Of a stretch of DNA of 64,000 nt, positions 60,923-64,000 are shown in pieces. The position numbers were made by a program, and so were the translations under genes. Position 1 is the stretch's first letter. Each line of letters starts with the position of its first letter. Origin of the DNA: Candidatus Woesearchaeota archaeon. GTDB lineage: Archaea > Nanobdellota > Nanobdellia > Woesearchaeales > BM511. The notes under the pieces were generated by a model, which was not told the origin of the DNA, ran no database searches, and saw only the letters and a program-made list of their open reading frames with translations. The DNA is taken from NCBI GenBank assembly GCA_002867475.1, contig PKTL01000069.1:9382-73381 (forward strand). Reading direction: 5' to 3'.

Positions 60923-61155
60923 TACACTAATAATCTGAGAGGTATTTAAATTTTTGTCTTTACTTATTTTAACAACACATCAAAAAACGAAATTTGATAA
61001 AAAAAGAATATCCTAACAATTTTTACTGAATAAGAACTCTTTTTAAAATTTTTTATCATTTTATAATTACAAAAAAACTTTATAAATATTAGTAATACTA
61101 GAAGGTATACGAATCGTAATTAAATTACTTTAAAGTAACATAAAGAGGGGTATTC

Positions 61156-64000
61156 ATGGATAATAAGGGGGACTTGGACCAGATAATTCTAAAAGATGCT
61201 AAGCATCCATTTTGGCTTGGAGGAAAAAAACCAATAAATAATCTTCTCGAGCTTAAATCAACACTAGAAGAAATAGATGAAAATTCTTTTTCTAATCATG
61301 TAAATAGTAAGAAACATGATTTTGCAACTTGGATCAAACATAGCTTAGATAATCATGAACTTGCTGAAGTGATTTCAAAAATAGATAACAAGCAAGATCT
61401 TATAATTTTCCTTGATTCATATGGACAATCAAGTTTTGAAGAGAAAGACACTACTAAAAATGAAGATGTGAATAAAAAAATATCTGATGATAAGGAAGAT
61501 GATAGCGAAAATTTCCTTAGCGAAATAGAAAAAGAACGTGAAAAACTTGAAAAATTGATTCCAGAAGGAAATAATGATTCAAAAGATGATACTCCTAAAA
61601 AAGATGAAAAAATTGAATCTGAGCTTCCTCCTATAGAAAGTCCTGAAAATCTTTTCAATGTTCCAGAAGGGGAAAAAGAAGAAGATAATAATTTTATGAA
61701 TCAAGATGAAGAAAATGCTAATTTTGAAATTCCTGAATCTAGCAATCTTTTTACGGATAAAAATGAAGGAAGCATTAAAGATTCAAGTACCCAGAAAAAT
61801 GATGCTATCAATCATATGAATGAAGAGACTCCTGAACTTTTTATTCCTAAACCTGAAGATCCAAGTGATATGAAAGTTGCAGAAAAAAATGTTGCGAAAC
61901 CTAAAGGTTTTTTAGCAAGATTATTCAAGAAAAAACAAAAAGAAGAAAAGGTTGAACCTTCACCCGTTGATCAAACAGAAGATCAATCAAATCGTAAGAT
62001 GGCTCCGCAATTACCATCTGATTCCAATCCAGATGAATCTTCTCAAGACATATTTAGTTATAATCCTGAAAAAGATTTAGGTCAAACTCCTGAAGAAATC
62101 CCTCAATTAGGTATTGAAGATATCAAAGAAGGATTAAATGAGATTGATATTCCTAAACCTGAAGATTTTGAAAACAAAGATAAAAAAGAAGAGGAAGAAA
62201 TGACTCCCCCTTCCATCGAAAATGTTAACCTTGGAGAACCTTCATTATTCCAAGAAGAAAAAATAAATGATAAACCTTCAGAAGATCAAACAGAAAACCA
62301 AGATATTTTTGAACAAAAAGAAGAAGAGATTCAACCTCCTAGTTTAGAAAAACCGATTCTCCCTTCAAAAGATGAATTTTTTCATACTGATGAAGATAAT
62401 AAACCTTCAGAGGATGTATCAAAAGATAATCAAAATGATGATTCGGCAAATATAGGTGAAAACATTATTGATTCTGAAAATGTTTTTGTTATGGACGATA
62501 AACCTGTAATGGAAAATTCTAAAGAAAATGAGGAAGATCATAAATCAAATCAAGAACAAGATTCCCCAAGTAATAGCAAAAATCTTTTTGAAAATGTTGA
62601 GGAAACAAAACAAAATGAAGAAATAAATGATGCAAATAAAGAAACTGAAATCATTGAAGAATCACCAAAAATTGAAGATTCTAATAAGCTAATGGAAGAT
62701 ATTCCTATCCCACAAGAACAAACTGAAGAAACACCAAAAATTGAAGAATCAACTGATTCAGCTGAACCAATTGAAGCTCCGGTTCCCGAGCAAGCTGATC
62801 TTGAACAAAAACCTGAAGAAAATGTTGAAAATACTGATTCCGTAGATGATCTAAAAGATCTTGTGGGTAAAAATTCTGATGATATTGAAAAAATTGTTAA
62901 TGAGTTAGAAGATAAGAATAAAGAGATTGAAAGTTTGAAGGAAACTATTGAAAATCTTAAATCTGAAAAAAATAGTAATAATGATCTTTTCGAAAAAACT
63001 AAAGAGGATCTTGCTAAAAAAGAGCAAGATTTTATTGAACTAGAAAATGATTTTGATAATAAAAAAATTGAGCTTGAAAAAGAGCTTAATGAACTATCCT
63101 CTCAAAAAGTGGATATGGAATCATTAGATAATAAAAGAAAAGAGCTTGAAGATCTTGAGAATAAGAAAAAAGAGCTTGATGAAGCTAATAAGAATCTTGA
63201 AGCTGAGAAAAATAGCTTATCTATAAAATCTGATCTATTGCAGAAGAATAAGGACGCATATGAGAACCTTAAAAGAAAGCTTGATAATGAGATTCGTGAA
63301 AGAGAAGAAAGACTAAAAGAACTTGAAGCTGATTTTTCTAAAAAGAATGAATTTGCTGAGAAAAAGATTGCAGAACTAAAAACCCTTGAGCTTGAGCTAG
63401 AATATAAAGAAAAAGAACTTAAGGAAAAAGAGAAAGTTGTTGAAAAGGACAGATTTCAATTATCTGATAAGGAAATCAGTATAAATTCTAAAGAAGATAG
63501 ATTGAATACATTGTATGATGAGTATGATCAAAAGCAAAAAGAGCTTGATAAAAAGGAAGAAGATCTTGTAAAGCTCATAAAAGATGCTGAATTAGATAAA
63601 GAGACCTTGAAGAAAGATAAGGAAGAGTTAAGCTCTAAACAAAAACAGTTTGATGAAAATATAAAAAATCAAAAAGATGAGATAGAATCCTTAAAGAAAG
63701 ATCTTGAGAAAAGAAAAAATGAGCTTGACTTAAAAGAAAAAGAACTTAACATGGCAGATAACGCACTTGATTATGCTATGAAAGAATATAATGAGAAAAA
63801 AGATGATCTTGATGATGATGAATTCCATAAATATCTTCATGATAAATTGAATGAACTTTCCAACCATGATGATGTTATGAAGACTGCTTCAAAGAATTTC
63901 AATGTAAATGATAAATATGTAAGTGAAATTCAAAAGATTAATAATCAAATTGACTCATGTAGAACTCTTATTGGTAAAAAAGATTTTGATAGTGCTAAAG
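61156..64000 (+). CDS. Large acidic/coiled-coil protein, truncated by the window end
   Basis: ATG at 61156 after GAGGGG; frame appears open to the end; N-terminal PFW..HV...KHDFA.WI domain, E/D/P-rich middle, long heptad region. Confidence 0.8.
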   Translation, partial: MDNKGDLDQIILKDAKHPFWLGGKKPINNLLELKSTLEEIDENSFSNHVNSKKHDFATWIKHSLDNHELAEVISKIDNKQDLIIFLDSYGQSSFEEKDTTKNEDVNKKISDDKEDDSENFLSEIEKEREKLEKLIPEGNNDSKDDTPKKDEKIESELPPIESPENLFNVPEGEKEEDNNFMNQDEENANFEIPESSNLFTDKNEGSIKDSSTQKNDAINHMNEETPELFIPKPEDPSDMKVAEKNVAKPKGFLARLFKKKQKEEKVEPSPVDQTEDQSNRKMAPQLPSDSNPDESSQDIFSYNPEKDLGQTPEEIPQLGIEDIKEGLNEIDIPKPEDFENKDKKEEEEMTPPSIENVNLGEPSLFQEEKINDKPSEDQTENQDIFEQKEEEIQPPSLEKPILPSKDEFFHTDEDNKPSEDVSKDNQNDDSANIGENIIDSENVFVMDDKPVMENSKENEEDHKSNQEQDSPSNSKNLFENVEETKQNEEINDANKETEIIEESPKIEDSNKLMEDIPIPQEQTEETPKIEESTDSAEPIEAPVPEQADLEQKPEENVENTDSVDDLKDLVGKNSDDIEKIVNELEDKNKEIESLKETIENLKSEKNSNNDLFEKTKEDLAKKEQDFIELENDFDNKKIELEKELNELSSQKVDMESLDNKRKELEDLENKKKELDEANKNLEAEKNSLSIKSDLLQKNKDAYENLKRKLDNEIREREERLKELEADFSKKNEFAEKKIAELKTLELELEYKEKELKEKEKVVEKDRFQLSDKEISINSKEDRLNTLYDEYDQKQKELDKKEEDLVKLIKDAELDKETLKKDKEELSSKQKQFDENIKNQKDEIESLKKDLEKRKNELDLKEKELNMADNALDYAMKEYNEKKDDLDDDEFHKYLHDKLNELSNHDDVMKTASKNFNVNDKYVSEIQKINNQIDSCRTLIGKKDFDSAK

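Overview
Low-GC archaeal chromosomal window. EF-1alpha, aIF-1A, TFE, TFB, Rpo7/Spt4, S24e/S27ae, Cbf5, CCA enzyme, Cdc6 and intron-containing tRNAs show it is archaeal; a DPANN/Woesearchaeota-like origin is an inference. Housekeeping regions include a group 3b-type [NiFe]-hydrogenase operon with duplicated small and large subunits, a MoxR/VWA operon and a bacterial-type GAPDH. The main discovery candidate is 40.7-52 kb, an integron-like system with non-canonical parts. Eight cassettes (labelled A-H left to right) are separated by TAAC...GTTA attC-like sites (S1-S8) and end at an attI-like site (about 49.5 kb), divergent from a 258-aa tyrosine recombinase that has the IntI-type SPLD C-terminus but lacks the IntI-specific insertion. 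Every cassette carries its own cassette-specific terminal inverted repeats and a shared structured module, so each can fold back on itself as single-stranded nucleic acid. The long attC-like sites have a TC bulge rather than the classic layout, three sites are collapsed to mini-sites, and one cassette has no gene and folds throughout. The platform sits among ORB-like repeats next to cdc6. All alignments and folds were read by eye; no searches or folding programs were run.
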